DNA of 52,606 nt, counting the filler, from Bipalium vagum (lineage: Eukaryota): assembly GCA_037834085.1 (NCBI GenBank). It is 3 parts of 3 records of this genome, joined end to end, with 100 filler letters (N's around TTAATTAATTAA, not from the genome) between each part and the next. Parts side by side here need not be neighbours in the genome. Positions count along the whole stretch, not along the records: positions 1 to 18,467 come from JBBMKC010028592.1; positions 18,568 to 35,774 come from JBBMKC010074516.1; 1 more part is not named here. One strand, written 5' to 3'. The position numbers and the translations under genes are program-made. Shown one piece after another: positions 1 through 24,869 of the stretch (position 1 is the first letter of the stretch; each line of letters starts with the position of its first letter). Below the pieces are notes generated by a model that saw only the letters and a program-made list of their open reading frames with translations, was not told the DNA's origin and searched no databases.

Positions 1-74
1 CGATCTTAATAATAATAATAATAATAATTGATCAGACAACAATGTCCTATTTTAAAATTCCTCCATGAACATTT

Positions 75-520
75 AACCATTATTATGAGCACTTGTGGTT
101 GTTATATAAAACTTATTTTTCCTCAAATATTAAATTGCGCTAGAGGAAAAATCACTGATATTTGAAAAAGAAATGACAAGCACACTTCAAAAAGAAAATA
201 TTTTGTTTTTTATTTAAATCATGATTTGGGACTGTTTAGTGACAAACTTGAAACTGTTCTGCAATTTCTCACCTTTTTATTTGTTATGCTTAGATTTAAC
301 GTAATCAACACATTAAATTTATCATTGTCCATTGAAATATGGCCTCCGCGACTTTCTTTATCAGCAAGGCTCTCATTTCCATCTCGAAAGCGTATAGACC
401 ATTGATGTATGGTAAGTTCATTAACTGTTCTCTGGACGAATACACCATTGATATTTCCACTGGCCTATGTTTTGGCTTTTTTTGAATTTATAAAGATAAA
501 TGGCTCTTAGGTTTATTTTA
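75..520 (-). mobile_element. Decayed mariner transposase relic (HTH to first catalytic Asp region)
   Basis: The minus strand reads, with frameshifts, LRAIYLYKFKK..NINGVFVQRTVNELTIHQWSIRFRDGNESLADKESRGG..FEVCLS..LYNNHK. This matches the mariner N-terminal HTH pattern. Ends are approximate. Confidence 0.7.
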
Positions 521-934
521 TTATTTTTCTCTAAAAATATTTTTATACTTAAACAAATACTTTTATTGAAATACTTCGTACTTATAGGGAAAAGATTTTC
601 TCATTCAGCTGTAATACACTTAAGCATAATATTGCCTTTTGAACACTATATATATCTCTGCTAAATATACATGATAAAACTTGATAAGGTAGAATTAAGA
701 TGAGAATTGTTTTAAGTGATTCAATTTTTTTTAAAATAGTTTTTTGTTTAAATTGATTTTTTTTAAATAATTTTTTTAAAACATATGTCTAAATTTCTAT
801 TTGAAAATCTCACTTTTTATTCCTTTTGTACATTCATTTTAAATGTAACTTTAATTTTTGTAATGTTTAAAGATTTTTATTTTTTTAACTTGAAATTTGT
901 TTGTAATATATACAATAAAATATTTATTTTCATA

Positions 935-2310
935 ATGACTTTGTCTTCTGAAGCAATTTTGATTAAAAATACAATTTTACTTACAATTAACAATTGCGAC
1001 CTAAAAGCACTGGGTTTAATTGTTCAAGCATTTACATTTGATTTGAAAACAAATGAATTATACAGAAATGGAATACGATTTGATTGTAGATATGAAGTAA
1101 TTTTATAATAATTTATAGAAATTATTTGTATAATTTTAAGTTTAAAGATTCACCTTTGCACTACGCAGCCAGAAAAAATAAAATTGATGTAATTAAGGTT
1201 ATGTTGACCTCGTGGGGAAAAATGAGAGATTCTTTGAATGAAGTATTATTATTATTATTATTATTTATGAAATTAAAATTGTCATTTTTCAAGAAATCAG
1301 AAACACCAGTTCTTATTGCATTTAAAATGAATTACATTGAATCTTTTAAACTACTGTGCAAAGGCACAGATGCTACTGCAAGAAACGAGAAAGGAGAAAA
1401 CCTATTACATCTTGCAGTACTAAATCAGATGTCAGATATTATAGAATTTCTCTGTGCTAAAGTAGATGTAGATACAAAAAATTGGGTCAGTACTGATTTT
1501 AAAAAGTATTCTTTTACTGAAATATAACTCCAGAACGGGTTCTCATCATTAATTATTGCTTCCAAAATGGGAAATGAAATCATCACGAAAATACTTATCA
1601 AACAGGGCGCCAATTTAACCGCTATTAACAAGGTATTATCTTTTTCAGTTACGATTTGGTTGTGTAATTCTGATTGATAGTTTTTATGATGAGCAAAACA
1701 TTAATTAAGTTTTGATCACACTTAACATTTTTCTAGTACGGAGAAACGGCTTTACACGCAGCCGTGAGATATCATCAGTACAATGTGTGCAAAATACTCA
1801 TTAAGCACGGCTGTGAAATCAACGCGCTCAACGCAAACCAAGACACTCCGTTGACAATCGCAATTTGCAAGGAGAACATCAGAATTGTGAAGTTGCTTTT
1901 GAAGTCTGGAGCGGATAAAAATGTCAAAAACAAGTCTGGGGACTCACCGTTTGATTTTGCTGTGAAATGTTGCGAATTGTCCAAATCACCTAATGCTTAC
2001 TTGATTGTGAAAATGCTGAAAGTTCAATTGTTTATTTTCGATTTCGATTGAATTAATGTTTTCTAAAGGATAATCGGGTCGTGCACATTGTTCGTCATCT
2101 TGCCTCAAAGCTGGTTGGGGGAAAAGTATACAAAAATGAGCAATATACTGCTTTAAGAGTTAGATCTTTTAGTTTCATGATTTTATGGATAAATTTATTT
2201 TAAAGAGATGCAAAACAATGTTTGATACCGGGACTTGTGATACAAAAAATTATTATTCTGGAGAAAAACAATACTTGAACGAAGATACTATATACAAGAG
2301 CGCAATGTAG
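935..2310 (+). CDS. Ankyrin-repeat protein, 7 exons
   Basis: Phase-consistent GT-AG exons 935-1096, 1141-1242, 1294-1485, 1534-1632, 1737-2021, 2069-2125, 2206-2310 (TAG). Ankyrin motifs: DSPLHYAA, GENLLHLAV, GFSSLIIAS, GETALHAAV, QDTPLTIAI, GDSPFDFA. The start codon and the last two exons are less certain. Confidence 0.8.
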
Positions 2311-4150
2311 AAAACTTAACTCGATATTTTTTTCTTATTAAAAAAATTTGAAATATAGATTTGTTCTGTTTTAAGATAAAATTATGGATTTTGTTGTATT
2401 TTTTTTCAAAATAGAGTAAACAGAATATACTGTAAAAGATTTTTTAATCTGACTAAGTTGTATTTGAGTACTTTATTTACTAATATTGTTTATATTTAAT
2501 GTAATATTTTATATTCCACTAAGAGTGCTAATCTATTTTCATGTAATCTTAATTTTTAAATAATAAATATTTCAAAATACAATGTTGAATTATAAAAACA
2601 ATATTGGTGAAAAAAAATTCTTTTTAGAAATTTCTAAAATTTTGCGTTTAAAACGGATAAATGATGATAAAAGAAATCTAAGAAGATTAAAACTTTTATG
2701 TTTTTCACTATTTTTCCGAAATCAGTGTATTTCTTGAGTTTGGGAAATGTATCCCATTTATTAAATATCTCTAACACGTGATTTTCTTTTTCTAAGACAC
2801 ATCCAATTGAATAGGATAACAATAGCCATATTTGAGTTAATAGATATAGTGTTTCAAAAGTAGCAGCACATCCTTTAAACTACCATTATTTTTACAATTA
2901 CTTAATTATTGATTGGAAATTTTTATTTTCTAATAGAAAATTAAGTGAGCTTTAATTTGATATATAATTTAATTTTTGGTATATATAAATGAGCGTTAAT
3001 TTTTATCAAGATAGAGCCAACCGGATAATTGAATATTTCCAATGAAATAATAGAAATCGTAAATTGACCAAGATGTATACAAGGCATATTCAGGTATTTC
3101 TTAGATGAAAATCGTAGGGTTCAATCTGTCTTGAGTTTTTCATTAGTTTTCTAGTGCTACATTTTCCATCAAATAACTAACATTAAAATCCTTAGCTTAA
3201 AAGGATCAGCACTATAGTTATAGAGTAATTTCTGAACTTTTCTCAATTCTCATACCAAAAATTTTCTTTTTTGTATTAAACTTTGTATCTTTTAATATTT
3301 CTTGATTTTAGTTTCCTTTGGTAATTAATTTTAGTAAAAACTTAAAATAGGCGAGAACTCCAAGTTATCAAAAAAAATTGTATCCATATAAAATTAGAAA
3401 ACATTAAAAATATAGAAAAGAAAGATTATAAAAATATAAAATCCTAAAGTCATAATTATCTCAGTCAAAACATTTTTATTCTAAAATTTTGAAATTAAAC
3501 AATTTATGTTGTGAATTTTATTTCATATGAAAATTTTGAATGTAAATTAACAGTAAAATGAAATAAAAAACAGAAAAAAAGATCAAAATTATAAGTCCGT
3601 TTTAAAAATATTTTTCATTTTATACATTTTCATTTTAGAAATGCCTATAACCTATAAAATTGAAAATTATTTTCCGACTGATATTTAATTCATCTAAACC
3701 GCCTTCTTCTAACTGTCATCAAAAGAATGTGATTTCACTCTGATTTCGAAAGTCTAATAACAATTTTAAAGCAGTTCGTAAATTCTTAATTGCATTGAGA
3801 ATTTATTTTTTTTCACAAAAATTTATTAAATGCAAAACCGCGAAGATACAATGTAATATAATTAATGTATCATGTATTGTAAATACAAATATTGAGCTAA
3901 TAAATATCACTTGTCTTTAGACATGGAAAATATAATGACGATCTTAATCAATACAGTACCCAAATAGATGATCAATTTTAAAAATGAACAGGATATGACA
4001 CGATTCCCATTGTCATATTTATTCAAAAATAATCCACAGTAGAACATATTGACCACACATATATCACAACAAATAATAAACATATGCATTAATATCTGAA
4101 ATAAATTACAAAGTAATCACACAATATTATTCTTTTTATTTCTAACATAA

Positions 4151-15384
<11,234 letters not shown>

Positions 15385-15594
15385 CTGTACATTATTTTTA
15401 ATCTTGATTATAATAATCGAAAAGCATAAAAGGATGTACATACTGGAACCGTGTGAAACCATAATAAATGTCAATTACTGACTTTTTCAAATGCAATTAT
15501 ATTTTTATTTCGATTAAAAATGAAAAATGCTAGTAAAATTAAAATGAAATGTGAAATACTTGTTACTGTACTGAGTACTCCCATTTAATAATAA

Positions 15595-15605
15595 TATTAT
15601 TATTA

Positions 15606-15670
<65 letters not shown>
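15595..15670 (+). repeat. (ATT)n microsatellite
   Basis: Tandem ATT run immediately upstream of the first traceable PI4KA exon. Confidence 0.95.
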
Positions 15671-15671
<1 letters not shown>

Positions 15672-17472
15672 ATGAAGACCTCATCACATTAAATTGATTT
15701 TTAAAAAATTTAAAAATTAACTAATAAATCAATAATTGAGTTTAAGTTTTGAAAACGAAACAATAGAAATATAATTATACACCTCCCTCGATTAGTTTTT
15801 TCTCATATTTGTTAAAATTAAGATGACTACCACCGGAGCCAGATATCTTCAAACTCACCAAAATCCGAAAATTATAAGCATCACATTTCAATGTTAATTA
15901 TGGATTATAATTATTCTTTACGATTGGTTGGCCTTGATGTCGATGTGTAAAATCACTGAAAATCTTATGATTTATGAAATTAAAAATTAGGCTTTTTATT
16001 TGTTATGGTAAGAATTGGAAATTGCTGGATCGTTGAATTAATGATAAAAACATAAATTCAAGAGAAAGATTATGAAACAATAACAGTGAAAAACAGATCG
16101 TGAGAAAAGGTTACCAATTCATACAAAAAAATCAATATTCAATATTGAATTTAAAAATCAATACCAGGTGAACAAATCAATTTGTTAACGTTTGGCACCT
16201 TTAAGCTTATTTCAGTAAACTAAAAGTATCACATTTTTCATAAGCAAGAAATATTAATGACTGGATTTATAAGACAGACGAATATAAAGAAAGAGATCTA
16301 AAGAATATCCAAATTAAAGATAATTTTGATAATATAATCTATACAAATACAATGTTAGACAAAAAACGAGTCTATTGATCATTAGCGAGTAAGAAACAAA
16401 AGAAATCAAAGAAAATAATATCTAAAGATCAAGATTTTTCCTTTTTTACCAAAAATTACCACTTTTAGCACATCAAATTTCTATTATTTTCTTAACTATT
16501 ATTAATTAGTATTATTATTATTTGATTAATCACGCAAGATTATATAATCATAAATTCATTCAATTTCAAATTCAGAAACTATTATCACAAATATTGTTAT
16601 TGATTAAACAGGTATAAGTTAATATTGATTTAGTGAGTCGAAGACAATTATTTGATAATCTTTATTAATGAAACATATTTATATAATATAAATAATATAT
16701 TAAATCGATAAAAAAAATCAAATTAAGGACTTTCAATCTTTCTGGGAAATGAAAATAATGAAATATTTCAATTGAAAAATATTTAATTCCATCGCGATAA
16801 CTTTCAATCATGAATGGTTTTAATTAATTCGTGAAGTACATTGGATAAAATAATAATAATATATAGTAATTTTAAAAAAAATAATTAAATAATCTTTGAT
16901 TGATTTGTTGCAGACAGGAATTGTGTTTCAGTTAAAGTATAAAAATGAAAGTCGTGATAATTACATCTACAAGAAAATTGTGGTAAATTTTTTCCATATC
17001 AATAAAGACGACGACTTGTGTTATAATTTCGTGAAATGGTAGGGGTAACGGAGGGCTAAGAAAACTTGAACATATAAATTATTATTGAAATATGCCAATC
17101 AATTCAACATTTCATATAATTATTTTCTGCCATTCTGAAGAAATAGATTGGAATCGATATTAAAATAGTGCCCATTATTTCGATTAGATTGGGAAAAAAT
17201 AATTATCCTAACCAAACTAACCGCAGAGATAATCTTTGTCGGAAACCAGTTCAAATGTGAAAGAAATGAAAATCAATAATAATTATTATTATATTAGATA
17301 AAAGTTCTTTGAATTATTAATTTATGTACGAGAAAAGAGAAACAAATGAAAAAATTATTCTATCGATAAATAACTGTAAAAAAATAAAAGATTCTAAAAA
17401 AAAATTAAAATAAAACAGGAACAGGTAAATGAAAATAGAAAAAAATCAATTGGGAAAATTAAAAAAAACAAT

Positions 17473-18360
17473 TTATTTGTTAGTTACACCGACGTTATCA
17501 ACAGTTTCTGAATTAATAAACTCAAGATTAGTAACATTTTTATTCGAAGAAAATAATTTTTTAGTTTTAATAAGTGTCCTCTTTTTATCCTTTATTTAAA
17601 CATAAATAATTATCTAGAACTTTTATTAAAATTAATTTAATTATCTATTTTCTAAAAAAACCTTTAAATTTATTAAAATTACTTAAAACTTATTTTACAT
17701 TAAGGATTAAATTTCAATATATTACTTTAAAATTTATTTAAAAATTATTTATGATTTATTATTTAATATGAAGTAAAATTTAATCCTTACAATATCAATA
17801 AGTGAAAATTATTTAAAATCACACAAATCATTATTTTTTAATCGATTTCCTCTTAAAATAAATGTGCTTAAGTAAAAATAAAATAATGGAAAAAAATTAA
17901 TAAAGAATAAAAATAAATTATGATTAATAAAAAAATGACTCAAATAATAATGTTTTGTTCGTACCCTTATTACTTTTGGCATCGCCGTTTGTCATTTGAT
18001 AAATCATTTGTCTGGGATATGAAACATTTTGAAATTCTGGAGGGCCTGGCATCAATTTTCCGACAACAGTACCATCTGAATTTTGCAAATTATCCATATA
18101 TGGTTTCACGACAATAGAAGGTCCCACCGGACCGATCGTACAACCATCAGGGCCTCGGTAAGAACAGCCCACTGGCAAATTCTGCAAGTCTATTTGCTCA
18201 GTACACATCAACAGACTATTTTAAATATTGAGATTTTGCCAAAATTTCCAAAACCCTACCTGGGTGGTCGAGGACCACATAAGATCCAAGCACAATTTTT
18301 ACATCCGTTTCCTTTACTGAATGGATTTACTTGAGACAATAATTTATAGGACCCCTTTAT
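17473..18360 (-). CDS. 3' end of a DHHC palmitoyltransferase, ZDHHC9/14/18 (Erf2/approximated)-like; 5' part cut off by the contig end
   Basis: Exons 18260-18360, 17965-18215 and 17473-17507 give IKGSYKLLSQVNPFSKGNGCKNCAWILCGPRPPSLLMC...KSNKETVDNVGVTNK*. The start matches the recalled ZDHHC9/14/18 tail (NED)IKGS..NPYS....NC..LCGP.PPS. The DHHC domain itself is not in the window. Confidence 0.78.
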
Positions 18361-18396
18361 CTGAAAATGTTTGAATTTTCTTATTGTTGATTACTG

Positions 18397-18399
<3 letters not shown>

Positions 18400-18467
<68 letters not shown>
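18400..18467 (+). repeat. (TAT)n microsatellite at a contig end
   Basis: Tandem TAT run that runs into the N gap. Confidence 0.95.
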
Positions 18468-18567
18468 NNNNNNNNNNNNNNNNNNNNNNNNNNNNNNNNN
18501 NNNNNNNNNNNTTAATTAATTAANNNNNNNNNNNNNNNNNNNNNNNNNNNNNNNNNNNNNNNNNNNN
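18468..18567. other. Artificial assembly linker (six-frame stop spacer)
   Basis: 44 N + TTAATTAATTAA + 44 N = 100 nt; an identical construct sits at 35775-35874. Confidence 0.95.
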
Positions 18568-19039
18568 TCGTTTTCTCAGTTCATTTAATTAATTCGAACA
18601 CAACCTTAAGCAACCTTCAACCGTTGAGACCTAAGATACGTTTATGCTCCAACATTTAACATCTTTTTATCCATCAACTTAGGATCTTAACAGCTGCATA
18701 AGGGTGCTCATTCGACGGATACAGACTTTGAACATCATCTCATATGTTATTCCTTGACCCCAATTTGGTCTTGATGTGTAGAAGAATAGTTCCCTCTCAC
18801 TATTATGAATTATATTAATCCTATTGTGAAACCGATTTTCGTTTAAATCGAGCTAAATATTGATTGTGCAGAAAATCTTTACGGTTTTGCATTATGGAAT
18901 ATGTTATTAATTTTTCATATGTATGAGTGCAATAAAGCGTTAATGTAACTTTTTATTAGAGTATATATGTACCGGTATCTTTATTATACAAAAAAATCGA
19001 TTTTTTTATATAAATAAATTTTATACGGCGCATTTTTGA

Positions 19040-19420
19040 AAACGCAAAATCAAAATGAACATTTTAAACATACTCCACTTTATTAATTAAAAAAAAGCAA
19101 AAAGCTGATAATAATTATCGAAAACTGTTATAGAATTTATGAAAAAGATGCAATAACAGGACAAACTTGCCAGATTTGGTTTACCAAATTTAGTTCCGGA
19201 AATTTCTCGATTCTATGCATTATGTTCTGGTATATCGGTTCAACGTAAAAAAGACCAATTAAAGGCAATTATTGAAAATGACAGACATATTACCATTTGT
19301 GAGATTGCAAAAAGTTAAATTTTTCAAAAACAACTATTGATTATCATTTAGCAAATCTGGGATATATTCAAGAAGCTTGATATTTGGGTCCTACATAGAC
19401 TGGTGACGAAAAATGGATTG
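19040..19420 (+). mobile_element. Decayed mariner transposase N-terminal relic
   Basis: QNEHFKH..RIYEKDAITGQTCQIWFTKFSSGNFS..LKAIIENDRHITICEIAK..KKLDIWVLHRL, with frameshifts. Confidence 0.8.
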
Positions 19421-19489
19421 TATTGGATTGTTCCATAATTATATAACGTATTTATTTATTCAAAAACAAACCTTGATAACTTTATAAAA

Positions 19490-20360
19490 AAACATTAGGT
19501 ACATATGCAATGTCCGCCATTCTTTATGGCCTACTTCCTCCTCTAGACCAATTTATCAATGCCATTTCTCCAGAAATCGACATCTCTGGAAATTGTTCAG
19601 TCATTTATCGAGTCTCTGAACGTTATCGAAGGTAACGCCTGGCAAATTGTTAGACAGAGAGCGGAGCATGTGGTATTCGGTAAGAACAGGATCTGGGGAA
19701 TATGGAGGATGCTTAAGAACTTCCTAGACAAGCTCTTGGGGATGGTTTTGACGATTTTTGCAACATGAGGTGGTGCGTTGTCGTGACGCAGAAGCAATTG
19801 ACCTTTTTGATTTGTGTCTTAGATGAATAGAGTTATTTAGACGGTGCCTCTAAGCCACATAGTGATTCTTGTCGATAGTTTGGTTGTAATTGAGAGGTTC
19901 CCAGTGTAATAGTCCCTCACAGTCCCAACAAACACAAATCATTGCCTTTCTTGGATGCAGATCTTGTTTCACTCTTGGCTTTGACGTGTTTCCCAGGACA
20001 ACATATTCCTTCCTTTGTTCCAAGTTGACATAAAGGCATCATTTTTCATCTCCTGTGACGATTCTATACAGAAAGCGCTGTTTGTGACTCCACTTCGATC
20101 GATGGGGACCAAGATGCGGGGAGGTGATCTCGATCTACTTTTCCTTATTTTTTTTTGGTGAGTTTGAGGCATCCACAAACACACAACAGGGAAACCGTAT
20201 ACATTACAAAAGTTAAATTTGACTGTTTGACAGACCAATCGTTATGGAATAAAATACGACTTGAGTCTGAAGTAAACGTTAACAAATAAACCAACCAAAA
20301 CAGTTTTTAAATTGATATGCTTTCAGAAAAACACTGACTTTTATGGTGGACTAAACCTTA
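19490..20360 (-). mobile_element. Decayed mariner element (catalytic and C-terminal part)
   Basis: Broken frames give LLRHDNAPPHVAK, HPPYSPD, RSLSNNLPGVTF and GIDKLV. Confidence 0.88.
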
Positions 20361-20369
20361 TTTCGCACC

Positions 20370-20720
20370 CTTCATTACGAATTTTGATTACAGTCAAGTG
20401 ATGAGAACTTTATCGATTTTGATTATAAGACAGAGATTAAAGTAATTACAGATTTTTAAAAATTTCGAGCAATAGACCCAGTTGAAATTTTCAGAATTTT
20501 TGCAAAATATGCAATGATCCATTGAGTCTCATTTTTTTTTCTTGGTCTTGAATACCACTACTGCTTCTTCTTCTCTTCATAGTTAATACCTCTTTGATCC
20601 TTTCGATGACACTGGTGATCGTTGATTTAGATATTTTCAGGGCTTTGAAATTACTCGCATACCGATCAATTTGTATTTTCCATATATTTGTGCAAGATTA
20701 CATTTCAGTTTTCTAATTCC
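20370..20720 (-). mobile_element. Probable Tc1-like transposase N-terminal relic
   Basis: MRVISKALKISKSTITSVIERIKEVLTMKRRRSSSG resembles a Tc1-type HTH. Heavily decayed. Confidence 0.45.
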
Positions 20721-20839
20721 ACTGATCGAATATTAATGAGTATTGGTTTTATTTAATAAATAATTATTGATTTACAAAGAAGACGAACGTAGCTGCTACG
20801 TAGATGAATATTATTTTTCTCGATATTTAATTTTACTGA

Positions 20840-21567
20840 TACGAGGGTGAATCAAAAAGCTCCCGGAATGATGCTGATATTTTCACAAATAAATAGATAG
20901 GAATTAAAAAATTGATTATATGCATTCATTACTCTGCTAACTAACATAATACAAAATCTTATTAAAATCCATTGAATATAAATAAAGATATATATATTTG
21001 TTTAAGCTAATAATTTTAGAAAATGGAAAGTGCGAAATTTGAATGCCACGTTATAATTAAATTTCTAACTTAACTCGGATGGGAAACATCGGATATCATC
21101 AAATCTTTGCAGAAAGTTTATCAATATGATGCACCAATGAATGAGGAAATTGGAGATGCTGTTGAATCGTTGGTTGAAGAAATAGGCGAATATCGGTCCA
21201 AATTGTAGCCAAATCTTTGGACATATCATATGGATCAGCTCATTCCATTTTAAAAGATCGATTAGGATTGAGCAAACTTTCTGCCCGATGGGTGCCAAAA
21301 GCGTGGCGCGAAGAACAGAGGATGCAAAGAGCAGACAACGCGATCCTGTTTATCAACAGATTTGATCATAACCCCGAAGAATTTTATAGCAGACTAGTAA
21401 CTGGTGATGAGACATGGATTTATCAATACGATCCGTAAAGTAAAATTCAGTCTAAGCAATGGTTACCCAAAGGATCAAATGGACCAATCAAATTCAAAGC
21501 TAAACGATCAATGAAGAAGGTTATGGCCACTATTTTTTGGGATTCTGAGGGTGTAATCCCCGTATAG
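20840..21567 (+). mobile_element. Truncated mariner pseudo-transposase (irritans/Himar-like)
   Basis: TIR-like start tacgagggtgaatcaaaaag; ATG at 21023 (MESAKFECHVIIKFL). Later motifs KLSARWVPK, LVTGDETWIYQYDP*, KVMATIFWDSEGVI. Internal stops and deletions. Confidence 0.9.
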
Positions 21568-21926
21568 ACAGACAAAAGAGTCCGGATTCTAGTTGGTTCA
21601 ACCTTAAGTTATCTTTTGGTGAAATTATTTTTAATTTAAATGCAAATATCTTTCACACGCAGTGATTTTATTGGCTCGTTAATTAAATGCCATAAATTAC
21701 GAAAAAGAACGATATTATATAAAAGGTTTTTGAAAAATATTTTTACCATTATTTAATTTAATTTACGATTTTGATTATTTTTAATAAAAAAACTTCAAAC
21801 TTTTTACTATTTATTATTTTAACATTATATATTATATATGTAATATTTTAACCTTTTGTTTTAATACTTCAAAAAAGTAAAAAATTGTTTACAAATAATT
21901 CAACTTGTATCGGTTAATTTAGTCAA

Positions 21927-24835
21927 ATGTCTAATCCTCCGTCACCCATTAGTCCGACACAAAACAAAGCCATCCAGGACTTTAAGAAGCAAAAAATAGG
22001 GCATCGTCGTGTCACTGCTGAAGGCACGGTGACATATAAAAAGGTTGACTTTATTTTTAATAAAAATCAATAATAATTTTTGAAAATAATTAATAATATT
22101 GAAGATAATTATAATAATAATTGATTTTATTGATGTACATTAAAAGTTTTTTATGAAAATCAATATTTATTATGAAACAAAATTATGAAATTAAAAAATG
22201 TATTGTAAAAATGATAATCGATAATAAAATTTCTTTCAGAAAACAACTTCGGAAATTCAGAGCGCGATCCAGCTCGGGGTGAACATAAGTGTAGGATCGA
22301 TCAACAGCAAACCGAAGCGCGACATGTTGGTCAAAGATTTCGGAGAGGTCGAGCTAACATCCATCCCCAAAAGCGGAACGCGGACCACACCGGCTCATCA
22401 GCTGAGTGACTTTCAGTTCCGAACCTACGCACCGATCGCTTTCCGCTATTTCCGCGACATGTTCAAGGTGGACATGTGTGAGTTTATGGTGAGACTTGAC
22501 ATCCTTATTGATCTGAAATAATATTGTTTATAAATATCGATTATATATAACAAGCTTTATATATAACGTCGATGACAATTTTTCATTTTAGTGACCAAAT
22601 TGTTTTTTTTTATTTAATCTATCAAAATAAATAATAGTAATAATATAAATAATAATAATAATAAATATTAAAAAATATTTTTTATAAAATCAAAAATATT
22701 TTACAAAAATAAAAAAAAGAAAAAAGAAAAAATGCCTATAAATAAAGTGAAAATAATATTAAAGATTAAGTAAATAAACAAACTAATAATAAACACAAAA
22801 AATTATAACAAAAATCAATAAATATTGTTAAATAAATATTAAAAATATTATTAAAAAATTAGATAATAAATAAAATTCCAATCGTTATAAACGTTATTAT
22901 AAAAAATTGAAAGAAAATATAAATAAAATTAAAGTAATTAATATTAAAAATAATAATTATATAGTTCGATCTTTTACCTTTTACCCCCAGCAATTATCTT
23001 TTCCGGATTTCCGCCCCCCCAATAAAAAATTAATTAATTAGAAAATAATAATAAATTAATAATCGATTGCTTTTGTATTCGCATGTGTTTTTTGAGTCTA
23101 CGAAATATAGTGAATGGTTGACTTAAAAATGAGGAAATCCAATTTTTTCAATATTATTATAAACGTTATATTGATCACTTATAACATTTGTAACCCCTCG
23201 GCAAGACCTTTTAACTATTAGTAGTAGAGTGTCTGGTTTTCTGTTTTCAACTACCTCTAGGTATATTTTTGATGGGTCATAACTGGTAACTGCAATTCAA
23301 AATACCAAGATTTCGTGTTAAGTTGTGCGGCCTCGATGATATTTAATAAACTGTCATCGATCTGCACATTATTCCTTGACCATCCAATTTTCAAGGATTT
23401 ACTTTGTAATAATTATCACAACGTTTTCTTAAGTCATCATAAAAGTCAATCAAAACTTCTTTATCAACATCCACTTCTTTCTTTATGTCAGTTTCTTTTT
23501 CATCTGTTGACCATTTCCATAGCAATTTCAAACTAATACTGAAGTGAAATCGATATCTCTCGAAAGTAGAACATGTCCGTATGCTAATATATTTCTTATA
23601 ATTGGCATGGTACATCATTTACATGATCAACATTGTTTTAAAACACATTCTGTTAATATAAAATTCTCTTCCTTCCTCCCCCCCAATAAAATTCTCTTCC
23701 TTTTCTCCTCCACATAAAGTTTCCATCCATTTTTCCCACTGGTGGATTTTTTTTGGGAGGAAAAAACGGAAAACATCCGAAAGTATTAAGAAATTTTTTT
23801 GAAAAAATTAAATGACAATTTTTAAAATTAAAAAAAAACTATCTATAAATATATATTATTTTTTAACCAATGAAAATGCTTAAAAATTATTTTTAATATT
23901 AAAATATTTTTATAAAAGTGAAAAAATCAATAAAGTTACAAAAATATTAATTTTTGAATATTACATCGATAATTGAGATTTTTACAAAAATAATGAAAAA
24001 CAACCCAAATAAAAATGGTGGTAAGATTTGCCTGCAAAAAGGTTTTACAAAATCTGAGTAAGAAGGAAATCATCACCGAAAATTGTCGTCCGTTTTTTGA
24101 AGAATATTTTTGTGATTACTTTTAAATTTTGTTAATAAAATTTTGACCGCGAACTTTTGCATCAGTAATCCGATAAATATCTTTTTCAAAATTGATTTAT
24201 GAATATTATTGATTTTTCAATTTTTCGATATTATCAAATGTTAATGAATTAAACATATCAAACATTCAAGATCTCCGTAGAGAGATCAAAAAAATAATAT
24301 TTTATTTCCGAATTGGATGGAAAGCAACAAGATCGTCCAGGAATAAATCTTTCCCACCATAGTTCTCATTCTGCTTGATTAAATTTCTCTTTGCTTCATC
24401 TACCGGTCATGCAAGCCAAAGATTTGTGATAAAATAAGCTCTGACGTCCCAGTTGACTTTTTGAACATTCTCTTTCTTTATTATTTAACTGTCAAATGAT
24501 CATTTCGGGTGTACGGACTGTGTATTCCTGACTTGATCATGGATTTTGGTTTTCTGTTGCTGAGAGAGATTTGTCAGTGGTTTTCTTTTTGGAGAAGAAA
24601 TTGTCTTTTCAGCTGGTCAAGTGTCTGTGGCTTTCAATGGTTGCATTATTCTGTTATTTAGATTTGATGGCGATTCTTGACTTATTGGCATTAGATACTT
24701 CTGCTGAACCTGAACGGATACTTAACTTGATATGTTTACACTGCGAATTACCTGTTGGCATTATCGTGACTATTATTCGGATGGTTACATTTGAAAACCG
24801 AGCTTTGGATTTTAATATATATTATGTGAAATATC

Positions 24836-24869
<34 letters not shown>

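Noticed and set aside
18512-18523. Palindromic TTAATTAATTAA inside N runs as a biological motif
   Set aside because: It is centred in an exact 100-nt construct that occurs twice, so it is an assembly spacer.
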